Of a DNA stretch of 64,000 nucleotides, positions 8,581 to 18,450 are shown piece after piece. The number at the start of each line of letters is the position of its first letter. The stretch's first letter is position 1. The translations under genes and the position numbers were made by a program. The notes beneath the pieces are model-generated. The model was not told the origin of the DNA, did not search any database, and was given only the letters and a program-made list of their open reading frames with translations. Source of the DNA: Limibaculum sp. (GTDB lineage: Bacteria > Pseudomonadota > Alphaproteobacteria > Rhodobacterales > Rhodobacteraceae); assembly GCA_039805905.1 (NCBI GenBank), contig JBDIVM010000006.1, forward strand, positions 120,827 to 184,826, given 5' to 3'.

Positions 8581-10029
8581 ATGACCCTTCTCGAAGTCAT
8601 TGCCCGTACCGGGCGGGTTTCCGCGTATCGTGCGAGTCGGCTGGGCCGTTTTGCCTCGGACGAGACCGGTGGAATCACGATCTTCGTCCTGATCCTGATG
8701 ATCCTTCTGCTTGTCGCCGGCGGCATGGCGGTGGACTACCAGCGCTACGAGCTGGCGCGTGCCGACCTGCAGGACGCGCTCGACCGTGGCGTTCTCGCGG
8801 CGACCAACACGAACCAGAGCTATGATCCGAACGGGCCGCTGACGCTGGACGAGCAGGCCGTGGCGCTGATCGCCGACTACATGGCCGTGCGCAACTTCAC
8901 GCCCGGTGGCTTCCAGATCAATGCGGCGATGACCGAGACAGGCGGCGGACGCTCGATCGTCGCCTCGGCGACCGAGCCGATGGAGACGATCTTCCTCCGC
9001 CTCATGGGCATCACGACCATGGACGTCACGGTGAACTCCGGGGCGATCCAGGCAATTCCCCGGCTCGAGATCACCCTGGTGCTCGACGTGTCCGGCTCGA
9101 TGGGCTGGAACTCGACGTCGTCGCCCGGCACCAAGATCGCCCAGCTCAAGGTCGCCGCCAAGGACTTCCTCGACACCGTCCTGTCGGCGGACAACGGCGC
9201 CCAGACGCTGATCTCGATCGTGCCCTTCTCCGAGCAGGTGGCACTGCCGCGCGAGATGGCGGATGTCTACAATCTCGACCGGCACCACGACTTCTCGAGC
9301 TGCTTCGATTACCGCGATCTCGACTTCGACACCACGGGCATGCCGGTCAATCCAGGCACGGCCTACCGCCAGGGCCAGCACTTCATCGAGAGCGGCAGCG
9401 GCGCGTCGCGGCGCTACGGCTGCCCACTGATCCGGAACGCGATCACGCCGTTCTCGAACGACGCCACGGCCCTGAAGGCGGCGATCGATGCCCTGGGGAC
9501 CGAATCCTGGACCGCGACCTATATGGGGATGAAGTGGGGCACGGCGCTGCTCGACCCCTCGTCGCGCCCGGTCGTCGACGCAATGATCGCGGCGGGCGAT
9601 CTCGCCCCGGAATTCGCCGGCTGGCCGAACGACTGGACCGACCCGAGCGTGCGGAAGATCACCGTGGTCATGTCGGACGGCCAGAACACCAAGCTGAACA
9701 TGATCCACGACAGCGATTATGCCCAGCACACTCCGTCGTACTGGGACACCAATGCGCCGAAGAGCGGCGAGAAGTTCGCGCTGATCGACAACGGGATGAC
9801 CGGCGCCGGCGATGTGGTGCTGAAGCAGATCTGCGACCAGAGCAAGCTCGGCTTCAACTCGACCGTCTACACCATCGGATTCGAGCTTGCGGGCCAGCCT
9901 CTCGCCGAAGCGGCGCTGGGTGACTGCGCCTCGTCGCCCTCGACCTTCTACCTGGTCAATGGTGTCGAGATTTCCACCGCCTTTGCGAACATCGCCGACG
10001 AGATCGTGAACCTCAAGCTCACGAACTGA
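8581..10029 (+). CDS. tadG: TadG-like pilus-associated protein with vWA domain
   Basis: N-terminal pilin-like TM (GGITIFVLIL...DYQRYELARADLQDALD), MIDAS LVLDVSGSM, VMSDG. Confidence 0.75.
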   Translation: MTLLEVIARTGRVSAYRASRLGRFASDETGGITIFVLILMILLLVAGGMAVDYQRYELARADLQDALDRGVLAATNTNQSYDPNGPLTLDEQAVALIADYMAVRNFTPGGFQINAAMTETGGGRSIVASATEPMETIFLRLMGITTMDVTVNSGAIQAIPRLEITLVLDVSGSMGWNSTSSPGTKIAQLKVAAKDFLDTVLSADNGAQTLISIVPFSEQVALPREMADVYNLDRHHDFSSCFDYRDLDFDTTGMPVNPGTAYRQGQHFIESGSGASRRYGCPLIRNAITPFSNDATALKAAIDALGTESWTATYMGMKWGTALLDPSSRPVVDAMIAAGDLAPEFAGWPNDWTDPSVRKITVVMSDGQNTKLNMIHDSDYAQHTPSYWDTNAPKSGEKFALIDNGMTGAGDVVLKQICDQSKLGFNSTVYTIGFELAGQPLAEAALGDCASSPSTFYLVNGVEISTAFANIADEIVNLKLTN

Positions 10030-10068
10030 GCCGCGGCGGCTGCAACCTGTTTGGGTGAGACAACCAAG

Positions 10069-10590
10069 ATGCTGAGAAACCTCCGGAGCTTCCTCGCCGA
10101 TCAGGCTGGCAACGCGACCATGGAGTTCGTGATCGTGTTCCCGGTGCTGATGTGGTTTGTGCTGACGATCTTCGAGACCGGCTTCATTGCGACGCGCGTC
10201 GTGCTGCTGGAGCGCGGGCTCGACATTGCCGCGCGCGACCTGCGTCTCGGCATCGACCCGACCATGGACCACGACAAGCTGAAGACGCTCGTCTGCGACA
10301 ACTCGGCGATCCTGGTCAACTGCGAGCGCGACCTCATCCTCGAGGTGGTCGAGCTCGACATCGACAGCGCCTACCCGCAGAACCAGGCCAACTGCATCGA
10401 CCGGACCGGGGAGATCGAGCCCACGCTCACCTTCAATCCCGGCGGTCGAAACCGGATCATGTTCGTGCGCGCCTGCATGATCGTCGACCCGATCTTTCCC
10501 GGCCTCGGCATCACGCTCGGCCTGCAGAAGGACAGTTCCGGCGGTCTCCAGATGGTCGCCTACACCGCCTTCATGAATGAGCCTGCGTGA
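10069..10590 (+). CDS. tadE: TadE-like pseudopilin
   Basis: AGNATMEFVIVFP prepilin motif; AYTAFMNEP C-terminus. Confidence 0.8.
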   Translation: MLRNLRSFLADQAGNATMEFVIVFPVLMWFVLTIFETGFIATRVVLLERGLDIAARDLRLGIDPTMDHDKLKTLVCDNSAILVNCERDLILEVVELDIDSAYPQNQANCIDRTGEIEPTLTFNPGGRNRIMFVRACMIVDPIFPGLGITLGLQKDSSGGLQMVAYTAFMNEPA

Positions 10591-10604
10591 CGAGGAGCCT
10601 GATC

Positions 10605-11195
10605 ATGCTACAGAGCCCGTTCACCCGTCTCTCCGGTGCATTCGCCCGGGACGAGCGCGGCAGCATCTCGATCGAGTTCATGATCGTGATGCCGCTCCTG
10701 CTGTTCCTCACCACCGGAGGTATCGCCTTCTGGGACGCGTTCCACTCGAACAGCCAGACGGCCAAGATCGCCTATGCGGTCAGCGACATCATGAGCCGGC
10801 ACGACGCCGTCGACGATACCGACATGGCCTATCTCTATGCCGTGCAGGACAAGATGATGGCCGCGGATCTTGACCGGCGGTCGCTGCGAATCTCGAGCAT
10901 CTGCTTCGAGGACGGCCAGCATCGTGTGCTCTGGTCCTACAGCAACAGCAGCGCGGACACGATCCCGCCGGCGGCGCTCGAGGACGAGGACATTCCGGTC
11001 GAGGCCCTGCCGGAGATGGCACCGCAGGATTCGGTCATCCTGACCGAAGTCGAGGCCCGCTGGCAGCCCTACTTCCTGAATGTCGGCCTTGGCGAAAGGG
11101 TCTGGCGATCGGTGCTGGTCAGCCGCCCCCGCTTCGTCAAGATCATCCCGCATACGGGGCTGAATCCCTCGAACATCTGCCCGGACGAAAGCTAG
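10605..11195 (+). CDS. TadE/TadF-like pseudopilin
   Basis: RGSISIEFMIVMP prepilin motif; RBS GAGGAG at 10592-10597. Confidence 0.75.
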   Translation: MLQSPFTRLSGAFARDERGSISIEFMIVMPLLLFLTTGGIAFWDAFHSNSQTAKIAYAVSDIMSRHDAVDDTDMAYLYAVQDKMMAADLDRRSLRISSICFEDGQHRVLWSYSNSSADTIPPAALEDEDIPVEALPEMAPQDSVILTEVEARWQPYFLNVGLGERVWRSVLVSRPRFVKIIPHTGLNPSNICPDES

Positions 11196-11232
11196 GGCCG
11201 GCGGCAGCCGGGCCGTCCCGCAACCCTCCGGG

Positions 11233-11871
11233 TCAGCCCGGAAACCTGACCCGGAGGTCCGCGACCTGTGCCTGGGTCAGGAACCGGGTGCGCTCGCCGC
11301 GGAGCATCAGATAGAGCCGCGCCGTCTCCTCCAGCTCCTCGGCGGCGTAGACCGCGCTCTCCAGCGACCTTCCTGCGACCACCGGCCCGTGATTGGCCAG
11401 CAGCATCGCGTGGTGATGCCGCGCCTTCTCGCGCACCGCCTCGGCCAGCGCCCGGTCGCCCGGCGGGAAATAGGGCACCAGCGGCAGCTTGCCGACACGC
11501 ATGACGTGGTAGGCCGTGACCGGCGGCAGCACGTCCTCGGGGTCCAGGTCGGCGAGGCACGACACTGCGACCGAATGGGTGGAATGCAGATGGACCACCG
11601 CCGTCATCTCCGGCCGCTCCTGATACATCGCGAGGTGCAGGAACGCCTCCTTCGACGGCGCGTCCCCCGAGCGGTGCGACCCGTCCCGCCCCACCAGCGC
11701 GAGCCGCGACGGGTCGAGCCGGCCCATGCAGGAATTGGTCGGCGAGACAATCATGCCGGCCTCGGTCAGCACCGAGATGTTGCCCGACGCGCCGCAGCCA
11801 TAGCCCCGGTCGAAGAGCGACTTCGCCAGGATGCAGATCTCCTCGCGGAGCTTCGCCTCGGCAGCGTTCAT
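11233..11871 (-). CDS. otnC: 3-oxo-tetronate 4-phosphate decarboxylase (class II aldolase family)
   Basis: GASGNISV, SKEAFLH, VVHLHSTH, LLANHGPVV; coupled to otnK. Confidence 0.8.
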   Translation of the reverse strand: MNAAEAKLREEICILAKSLFDRGYGCGASGNISVLTEAGMIVSPTNSCMGRLDPSRLALVGRDGSHRSGDAPSKEAFLHLAMYQERPEMTAVVHLHSTHSVAVSCLADLDPEDVLPPVTAYHVMRVGKLPLVPYFPPGDRALAEAVREKARHHHAMLLANHGPVVAGRSLESAVYAAEELEETARLYLMLRGERTRFLTQAQVADLRVRFPG

Positions 11872-13154
11872 GGCGCCGTCCTCACCGCATCGGCGAAGAA
11901 GGTCTCGGCGCCGAAGTTGCCCGACTTCAGCGCCAGCGCCACCGGCTCGGGCCCCAATGTCGCGCACCACGGCACGCCCGGCGCGATCGAGGGGCCGACC
12001 GCCAGCCGCCCGGCCCCCAGCGCCTGCGCCACCGCCCCCGAGGTCTCGCCCCCGGCGACGACGAAACGGCGCACGCCGCGCCCGCGCGCGCCCCGCGCGA
12101 TCCCGGCCAGCGTCTCCTCGACCAGCGTTGCGGCGCGCGCACGCCCCAGCCGCTCCTGCGCCGCGCGCACGCGCTCGGGCGGCTGCGTGGCGGCGACCAG
12201 CGCCGGGGCGCCGGCCCGCGCAGCCCACCACTCAAGGGCGGACTCGGCGCTCTGGCTGCCCTCGGCCAACCGCAGCGGATCGAGCCGCAGCACCGCGCGC
12301 CCGTCCGCCTCCCAGCGCGCCACCTGAGCGTTGGTTGCGGCCGAGCACGAGCCCGAGAGCAGCAGCACCGGCCCGCCGACCGCCGGCAGCGCGTCCGCCG
12401 CCCCCCCGGCCAGCAGCCCTCCGGCGGCAAAGTTCTCCGGCAGCGCCAGCCCCAGCCCGGATGCCGCCGTCACCAGCGCCATCCCGGCACAGGCGCGGCC
12501 CAGCGCCGCCAGATGCGCGTCCGTCAGCGCGTCGACCACCACATGCGCTACTCCTCCGGCGGCCAGCGCCTCGAGCCGCGCCCGGATCGCCTCGGCCCCC
12601 TGCTCGACGGTCGTGAAGGAAGCCAGCCCCACCTGTGCGCCGACCGAAAGCTGTGCCGCCAGAACCCGGCGCAGGTCGGCATCGGTCATCGGCGTCAGCG
12701 GGTGATTGCGCATCCCCGACTCGGACAGGAGCTCGTCAAAGACGAACAGCTTGCCCTGGTAGACGGTGCGCCCGTTCTCCGGGAAGGCCGGGCAGTACAC
12801 CGTCTGCCGGGCACCGGTCTCGGCCATGAGCGCCTCGGCCACCGGGCCGATATTGCCGGCGGGCGTCGAATCGAAGGTCGAGCAGTACTTGAAGTAGCAC
12901 TGCCGCGCGCCCGCCGCCGCCGCCCAGCGCCAGGCGGCGAGGCTCTCAGCCACCGCCTCGGCCACCGGCGCGGTGCGCGACTTCAGCGCCACCACCACAG
13001 CCTCGGCCTCGGGCACCGCCTCTCCCGGCGCCGGGGCACCCAGCTTCAGCACCGTCCGCATCCCGCCGCGGGTCAGCATCGAGGCGAGGTCCGTCGCCCC
13101 GGTGAAGTCGTCCGCGACCGCGCCCAGAAGCAGCTCTGTGCCGCGCCCCGTCAC
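11868..13154 (-). CDS. otnK: 3-oxo-tetronate kinase (DUF1537 four-carbon acid sugar kinase)
   Basis: GAVADDFTGATD, KYCSTFDST, LSGSCS, AGGETSG, LKSGNFG; GTG start at 13154 overlaps the upstream stop. Confidence 0.85.
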   Translation of the reverse strand: MTGRGTELLLGAVADDFTGATDLASMLTRGGMRTVLKLGAPAPGEAVPEAEAVVVALKSRTAPVAEAVAESLAAWRWAAAAGARQCYFKYCSTFDSTPAGNIGPVAEALMAETGARQTVYCPAFPENGRTVYQGKLFVFDELLSESGMRNHPLTPMTDADLRRVLAAQLSVGAQVGLASFTTVEQGAEAIRARLEALAAGGVAHVVVDALTDAHLAALGRACAGMALVTAASGLGLALPENFAAGGLLAGGAADALPAVGGPVLLLSGSCSAATNAQVARWEADGRAVLRLDPLRLAEGSQSAESALEWWAARAGAPALVAATQPPERVRAAQERLGRARAATLVEETLAGIARGARGRGVRRFVVAGGETSGAVAQALGAGRLAVGPSIAPGVPWCATLGPEPVALALKSGNFGAETFFADAVRTAP

Positions 13155-13918
13155 AGCGTTACCGTAAGGCCGCCATCGACATAGAGCACATGCCCGTTGA
13201 CGAAACCGGCAGCATCCGAGGCGAGGAAGACCGCCGCCCCCGCCAGCTCCTCGACCCGGCCCCAGCGCCCCTGCGGCGTGCGCTGCTCGAGCCAGGCGGT
13301 GAAGGCGGGGTCGTCGACCAGCGGCTGCGTCAGCTCGGTGGCGAAGTAGCCCGGCCCGATGCCGTTGACGTTCAGCCCGTATTTCGCCCAGTCGGCACAC
13401 ATCGCCTTGGTGAGGTTGCCGATCGCGCCCTTGGCGGTGGCATAGGGAGCGATGCCGGGGCGGACGAGCCGGGTGGTTGCCGAGCAGATGTTGATGATCC
13501 TGCCGCGGCGGCGCGGGATCATCCGCCGTGCCACCGCCTGGCCGACCATGTAGGGGGCATGGAGCTGCACCGCCATCAGCGCGTGCCAGTCCGCATCGGC
13601 CAGCTCCTCGAGCGGCGCGCGGATCTGGACGCCGGCATTGTTGACCAGGATGTCGATCGGCCCGAACTCGGCCTCGATCCGGGCGATGCCGGCATCGACC
13701 CCGGCGCGCTCGGTGACATCGAAGGGCGCCTCGAACACCTTGGCGCCGTCCTCCCTCAGCGCGGCGGCGGCCGCGGCGAGGGTCTCGGGGCTCCGCCCGT
13801 TGATCGCCACCCCGGCGCCGGCCCCGGCCAGCCCGCGGGCGATGGCGAACCCGATCCCCCGGCTGGCCCCGGTGATCAGGGCGCGGCGCCCGGTCAGGTC
13901 GAACATGCCTGCGGTCAT
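13151..13918 (-). CDS. Gluconate 5-dehydrogenase-like SDR
   Basis: TGASRGIG, NNAGVQIRAPL, YATAKG, GPGYFATELT, GHVLYVDGG. Confidence 0.85.
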   Translation of the reverse strand: MTAGMFDLTGRRALITGASRGIGFAIARGLAGAGAGVAINGRSPETLAAAAAALREDGAKVFEAPFDVTERAGVDAGIARIEAEFGPIDILVNNAGVQIRAPLEELADADWHALMAVQLHAPYMVGQAVARRMIPRRRGRIINICSATTRLVRPGIAPYATAKGAIGNLTKAMCADWAKYGLNVNGIGPGYFATELTQPLVDDPAFTAWLEQRTPQGRWGRVEELAGAAVFLASDAAGFVNGHVLYVDGGLTVTL

Positions 13919-13974
13919 CGGCGGGATCCTCTTCGCTTCAGCGGGCGTCCCGCGATGGCCGGGCGGTCGGCGGG

Positions 13975-14478
13975 TCAGGCGGTTCCCCGATAGGGCTCGA
14001 CATACTGCAGCGCCATGTCCCAGGGGAAGAAGATCCAGGTATCCTGGCTCACCTCGGTGATGTAGGTCTGCACCAGCGGCTTGCCCTTGGGCTTGGCGTA
14101 GACCGTCGCGAAATGCGCCTTCGGATAGAGCTTGCGCACCACCTCCAGCGTCTTGCCGGTGTCGACCAGGTCGTCGACGATCAGTACCCCCTCGCCGTCG
14201 CCGATCGAGGGATCGGGCGCCTTGATCACCCGCGCCTCGGCCCGGTTCTGGTGGTCGTAGGATTTCACGCCGATGGTGTCGACATAGCGGATATTGAGCT
14301 CACGGGCCACGATGCAGGCCGGCACCATGCCGCCCCGCGTGATCGCCACCAGCGAGCGCCAGGTGCCGTCCTTGCCCGGCCCCTGCTTGTCCAGCCGCCA
14401 CGCCAGAGCCCGGCTGTCGCGGTGGATCTGCTCCCACGAGACGTGGAAGCCCTTCTCATGGGGAAGCCTGTCATTCAT
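13975..14478 (-). CDS. gpt: Xanthine phosphoribosyltransferase
   Basis: [40 protein letters not shown]. Confidence 0.92.
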   Translation of the reverse strand: MNDRLPHEKGFHVSWEQIHRDSRALAWRLDKQGPGKDGTWRSLVAITRGGMVPACIVARELNIRYVDTIGVKSYDHQNRAEARVIKAPDPSIGDGEGVLIVDDLVDTGKTLEVVRKLYPKAHFATVYAKPKGKPLVQTYITEVSQDTWIFFPWDMALQYVEPYRGTA

Positions 14479-14633
14479 GCCCGTCCCTCCCGCGCTGGCA
14501 CGGCCCGGCGTCACGGCGCCTGCCGATTTATAGGTGCCGCCGGGACCGGCGCAATCCCCTGCGCTGCGCCGCGGCAGCACGGGCCAATCGCCTTGCACGT
14601 CTCCGCCCGATCGTTTAAACGGTGCCTCGCGTC

Positions 14634-14709
14634 GCCGCCTTAGCTCAGCCGGTAGAGCATCGCATTCGTAATGCGAGGGTCGCGTGTTCGAGTCACGCAG
14701 GCGGCACCA
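14634..14709 (+). tRNA. tRNA-Thr(CGT)
   Basis: GCCGCCT acceptor stem, D-arm AGCTCAGCCGGTAGAGC, anticodon arm TCGCA-TTCGTAA-TGCGA, T-loop GTTCGAG, encoded CCA; 76 nt. Confidence 0.96.
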
Positions 14710-14857
14710 TGACGCCTTTCGGTCAGATGACGCTGCGTGGGCCGGTTGCGGACCTGCGTGCCTGGATCGAGAAATCAGATCGAAGCCGCAGGCAGCGCCG
14801 GGCCACTGCTCCGCCCGATTCGCGCCCCGGAACGCGCACCCGGCCAGGCAGGTTCCG

Positions 14858-16249
14858 TCAGGCCGCGCTTGGTGCAGCCGTGCGGTCCGCGCCAGTCTTC
14901 CCCGGCGCCTCTCCTGCCATCGCGGCGGTAAGCTCGATCTCGTCGGCCTCCTCGACACCGGCTTCCGGTGCGTCCTCGCCACCGATCAGGAGCGGCAGCA
15001 GCGCGACGTGACGCATGTCGGCGCCGCCGGACTCGCCGCCCTGCGCCTCAAGCGCCTTCGCCAGCCAGCCGCGCACCTCGGCCTCGGGCGCCCCCTCGCC
15101 GCGGGCGATCGCGGCGCGGATAGTGCAGCTCCGGGCGGACGGCTCATCCTCCTTCATGTCGCTGATCGCCTTGCGGGCGCCCGCCCAGTCCCGGGTCATC
15201 AGGGCGAGTTCCGCCGCCAGCATCCTGGTTTCCGGATGCGACGGGAACGCCGCAAGCAGCTTGCCGAATCGCAGGCGGCGCTCGTGGGCGCTCTCCTCCG
15301 GCTCGATCGCCGCATAGGCGGCCGCCAGGATCGGGCTCGGCTTCCGGCGCCAGGCGTCGATGATCTGCTTCGCCGCCGCGCGCTTCGACCCGGCCTTGAC
15401 CAAATGACGGGCCGCTGCGGCCACCGCATCGGCATTCTCCGGGTCGAGCTTTGCTGCGTCCAGCGCCAGCTTGCGCGCGTGGTCGGGCTCGCTGGCCTCC
15501 TCGGCGTCCTCGGCCTGAGCCAGCGCCAGCATGGCATCGCGGCGGTTCGCCTCGGGTTTCGGCAGGAATCCGGCCCGGCGCTGCGAGTCCAGGGTCTTGC
15601 GGGCACCGGCCCAGTCGAATTTGCGGCTCTGCAGCGCATAGAGCGTGTCGAGCACCGATGAATCCTTGGGCCGCAGCGTGGCCGCCGTCTCGGCAAGCTT
15701 CAGCGCCCGGTCGTCATCCTTGCGTTCGAGCGCCCGGTTCAGCAGCCCGCGTACGCCGATGAAGGCGGTCTCCGGGTCCTCGGCCAGCGCCCGGTAATAG
15801 GTATCGGCCCGCAGGCCGTCACCCACCAGTTCCGCCGCCTGGGCGTTCAGGAGCCGGGTCAGCTCCGGCCGCCGCAGCAGGCGCTCGGCCCGCTCGGCGC
15901 TGTGGCGCGCCGCCTTGCCGTCGCCTGCCGCCACGGCGGCAAGGCCGCGCGCCATCGCCTCGAGCCCCCGCCGCTCGCGCGAGCGATCGAAGTAGCGACT
16001 GATCGCGGTCTCGTCCCCGGCAATGAAGCGCAGCACCGCCAGCAGCACGCCGGCGACCTTCAGCGCGATCCACAGCGCGACGAAGCCCGCGAGCGCCAGC
16101 GCGGCACCGGCAATCGGGCTGAAGTAGTACTCGTGCCCCGCCAGGTTCACGGTGATGCCGCCCCTGGCCTCGATCAGCTGGTGGATGCCCCAGATCCCGG
16201 CCGAGACCAGGACCAGGAAGAGTGCGATTCGGATTGCGGAGATCAGCAT
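14858..16249 (-). CDS. hemY: HemY N-terminal domain/TPR membrane protein
   Basis: Two N-terminal TM segments, [16 protein letters not shown]-like helices; conserved position next to mitofilin. Confidence 0.85.
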   Translation of the reverse strand: MLISAIRIALFLVLVSAGIWGIHQLIEARGGITVNLAGHEYYFSPIAGAALALAGFVALWIALKVAGVLLAVLRFIAGDETAISRYFDRSRERRGLEAMARGLAAVAAGDGKAARHSAERAERLLRRPELTRLLNAQAAELVGDGLRADTYYRALAEDPETAFIGVRGLLNRALERKDDDRALKLAETAATLRPKDSSVLDTLYALQSRKFDWAGARKTLDSQRRAGFLPKPEANRRDAMLALAQAEDAEEASEPDHARKLALDAAKLDPENADAVAAAARHLVKAGSKRAAAKQIIDAWRRKPSPILAAAYAAIEPEESAHERRLRFGKLLAAFPSHPETRMLAAELALMTRDWAGARKAISDMKEDEPSARSCTIRAAIARGEGAPEAEVRGWLAKALEAQGGESGGADMRHVALLPLLIGGEDAPEAGVEEADEIELTAAMAGEAPGKTGADRTAAPSAA

Positions 16250-16265
16250 GGTGGTGTCCTCCCGC

Positions 16266-17639
16266 TCAACCGCCGGCGCCGATCTCGGCCAGCCAGCTCT
16301 CGAGCGCCGCCTGGGCCGCGACGGTGCCGCGCAGCCGCACAAGCCAGTCGCCCATCGCCGCCTGGGAATGGTCCGGCAGCGTCTCCGCCTCGGCCAGGGC
16401 CATGTCCAGATCCCCGTCCTCGATCCGGGCGCCGACGCGCGAGACGATCGCGCCGACGCTGTCTCCCGCCTGCTCGGAGGTCGGCCGGCCGGTCACCTGC
16501 GCGCGCAGCCAGCCAAACACCTGCGCGCTGATGCCGCCACCCGACTGTGCCTGGACGTCGGCACGCACCGCGGCCTGGGCAGCGGGCGGGAAGGCGGCCG
16601 CAAGCGTTGCGGCGGTCGCAAGGCCGCTCTCGGCCCCAAGCACCAGCGCCTCCGGGGCAGGTGTGCCCGCGAGGGCCGCCACGTCCCCGAGCTGCGCCGC
16701 ATAGGGTCCGCCCCCGGCGACCCGGCCGCTCAGCGCTGCGAGGGCGGCGCGCAGCGACGCCTCGCGGATGGCGCTCGAAACCTCGCCCAGGGTTTCGTCC
16801 TGGGCGCTCCTCGCCGCGGCGGCGGTCGCCTCCGCAGCTTCGATCCGCTTCAGAAGCCCGTCGATGCGGGCATCGAAGTCCGCAGAACCCTGGCGCTGTT
16901 CCACTCTTGCCGAGAGCTTTTCGATCCGCTCGCTCAGCGCCGCCATGGCAGCGGCAAGCTCGGGCGAGCCGGCACCGGCGCCCGAGGCGGCCTCGGACAG
17001 TGCCGTCGATACGGCCGCCTGCTCGGCCCGCAGGGCGGCATTCTCGCTCTCGACGGCCGTCAGCCGCTCCGCCAGCGCCGATGCGGCACCGGATGCGGCC
17101 TCGGCTACCGTCAGCGCCTCGGCGCCGGCGGTCTCGGCCGCGGCGACACGCTGCGCAAGCTCCGCAATCTGACCCGAGAGCGCCCCAGCATCAGCCGCCG
17201 CCCTGGATCCGGCCTCGGCCAGCGCCTGATCCATCGCGGCGAGGCGCGATTCGAGGTCGGCCTGACCCGGCATGAGATACTTGCCGACCGCCGCCGGCAC
17301 ATGCGGCGCGAGTTTCGGGGCGGCCCAGAGCGCAAGACCCGAGATCACCAGGACACCGACCAGGGCCATGAGCGCCGTGGCGGCCAGGCTGCGGCCCCCG
17401 TGCTCCGCATGGGCATCTTCCGCTGCCACATGTTCCGCCGAATCATCCGCCGGATCCTGCAGTCCCTCGTCGGGAAACTCCCCGGCCGGCCCACGCCCGC
17501 CGCCGTCACCGGTTCCGGCACCCTGAGCCAGCCGGTCGCCCGGCCGTGCATCCGGGCCGGCGGTCGCTTCCTGGGCCGCTTTTGCGCCCAGTTCCGTGTC
17601 GATCGGTTCGAGCAGGTCGGGGTCCTTCGGCTTGATCAT
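16266..17639 (-). CDS. Mitofilin/Mic60 (COG4223) family membrane protein
   Basis: Disordered N-terminus, single TM, coiled coil, C-terminal LRAQVTGRP...GDLDMALAE domain; hemC-hemD-mic60-hemY order. Confidence 0.8.
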   Translation of the reverse strand: MIKPKDPDLLEPIDTELGAKAAQEATAGPDARPGDRLAQGAGTGDGGGRGPAGEFPDEGLQDPADDSAEHVAAEDAHAEHGGRSLAATALMALVGVLVISGLALWAAPKLAPHVPAAVGKYLMPGQADLESRLAAMDQALAEAGSRAAADAGALSGQIAELAQRVAAAETAGAEALTVAEAASGAASALAERLTAVESENAALRAEQAAVSTALSEAASGAGAGSPELAAAMAALSERIEKLSARVEQRQGSADFDARIDGLLKRIEAAEATAAAARSAQDETLGEVSSAIREASLRAALAALSGRVAGGGPYAAQLGDVAALAGTPAPEALVLGAESGLATAATLAAAFPPAAQAAVRADVQAQSGGGISAQVFGWLRAQVTGRPTSEQAGDSVGAIVSRVGARIEDGDLDMALAEAETLPDHSQAAMGDWLVRLRGTVAAQAALESWLAEIGAGG

Positions 17640-17703
17640 CGCAGGGTCACCTCATCGTTTCCCGTCGCCGCCGGAGACTCACCGGATCCTCTCTAGACTA
17701 CGA

Positions 17704-17737
17704 AGCCCGCCGGACCAATTGCAATGACCGGCGGGCT
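17704..17737. terminator. Hairpin at the end of hemD (terminator-like)
   Basis: AGCCCGCCGG (17704-17713) pairs with CCGGCGGGCT (17728-17737); no clear U-tract. Confidence 0.35.
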
Positions 17738-18449
17738 ATTTCTGCCGCAATGCAGCATGTGCCGTCCGGATCGCCACCAGCATGGCGGCGACGTTCGGCG
17801 ATTCGGCGATCTCGATGCGGGCAAATCCGCAGCCCGCGAGCGGCGCGGCCGCCGCGGGCGAGATCGCGAGGAGCGACGTCCCTGCCAGCTTCGCGGGCGA
17901 TTCGGCGAGATACCGAGCCAGGATCGCTGCATTGCGCCGCGACCAGACCGCGACGAGATCGACCATGCCCGCGGCCAGCGCGGCGGCCACCGGGGCCGGA
18001 GGCGGGCCGGTCTCCTGCGCCTCATAGAGCACCGCCTCGGTCACCCGCTGCCCCGTTTCCGCGAGCCAGCCCGCCAGATCGCCTGCGGTATCGCGCCCGC
18101 GCGGGTGGAAGAACTCGACGATGCCGCTCCGCCGGGCGAGGCCGGCCAGAGCCTGCGCGTCGCCCTCGGCCGAGAAGCAGTTGAGGAACCCCGCCCGCCG
18201 CGCCGCCGCCGCCGTGGCGCCACCGACGCAGAGCGCCGGCAGGTCGCGCCGGGGTATCAGCGCCGCGAGCGCGCGCACGCCGTTCGCCGAGGTGAACAGC
18301 AAGCCCTGTGCGGTCGGCGGCAGTTTGAGCTCGTGGACCACCGGCGCGATCCTGGTCAGCGGCCAGATCAGGCACTCGATGCCCTCGGCCTCCAGCGTCT
18401 CTGCCAGGGCGCGGCTCTCCTCGATGGGGCGGGTGATGAGGACGCGCAT
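17736..18449 (-). CDS. hemD: Uroporphyrinogen-III synthase
   Basis: MRVLITRP, FTSANGV, CVGGATA; directly after hemC. Confidence 0.88.
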   Translation of the reverse strand: MRVLITRPIEESRALAETLEAEGIECLIWPLTRIAPVVHELKLPPTAQGLLFTSANGVRALAALIPRRDLPALCVGGATAAAARRAGFLNCFSAEGDAQALAGLARRSGIVEFFHPRGRDTAGDLAGWLAETGQRVTEAVLYEAQETGPPPAPVAAALAAGMVDLVAVWSRRNAAILARYLAESPAKLAGTSLLAISPAAAAPLAGCGFARIEIAESPNVAAMLVAIRTAHAALRQK

Positions 18450-18450
18450 C

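Noticed and set aside
14634-14860. tRNA-Thr as integration site of a mobile element
   Set aside because: No integrase and no duplicated tRNA 3' end noticed; core genes lie on both sides.
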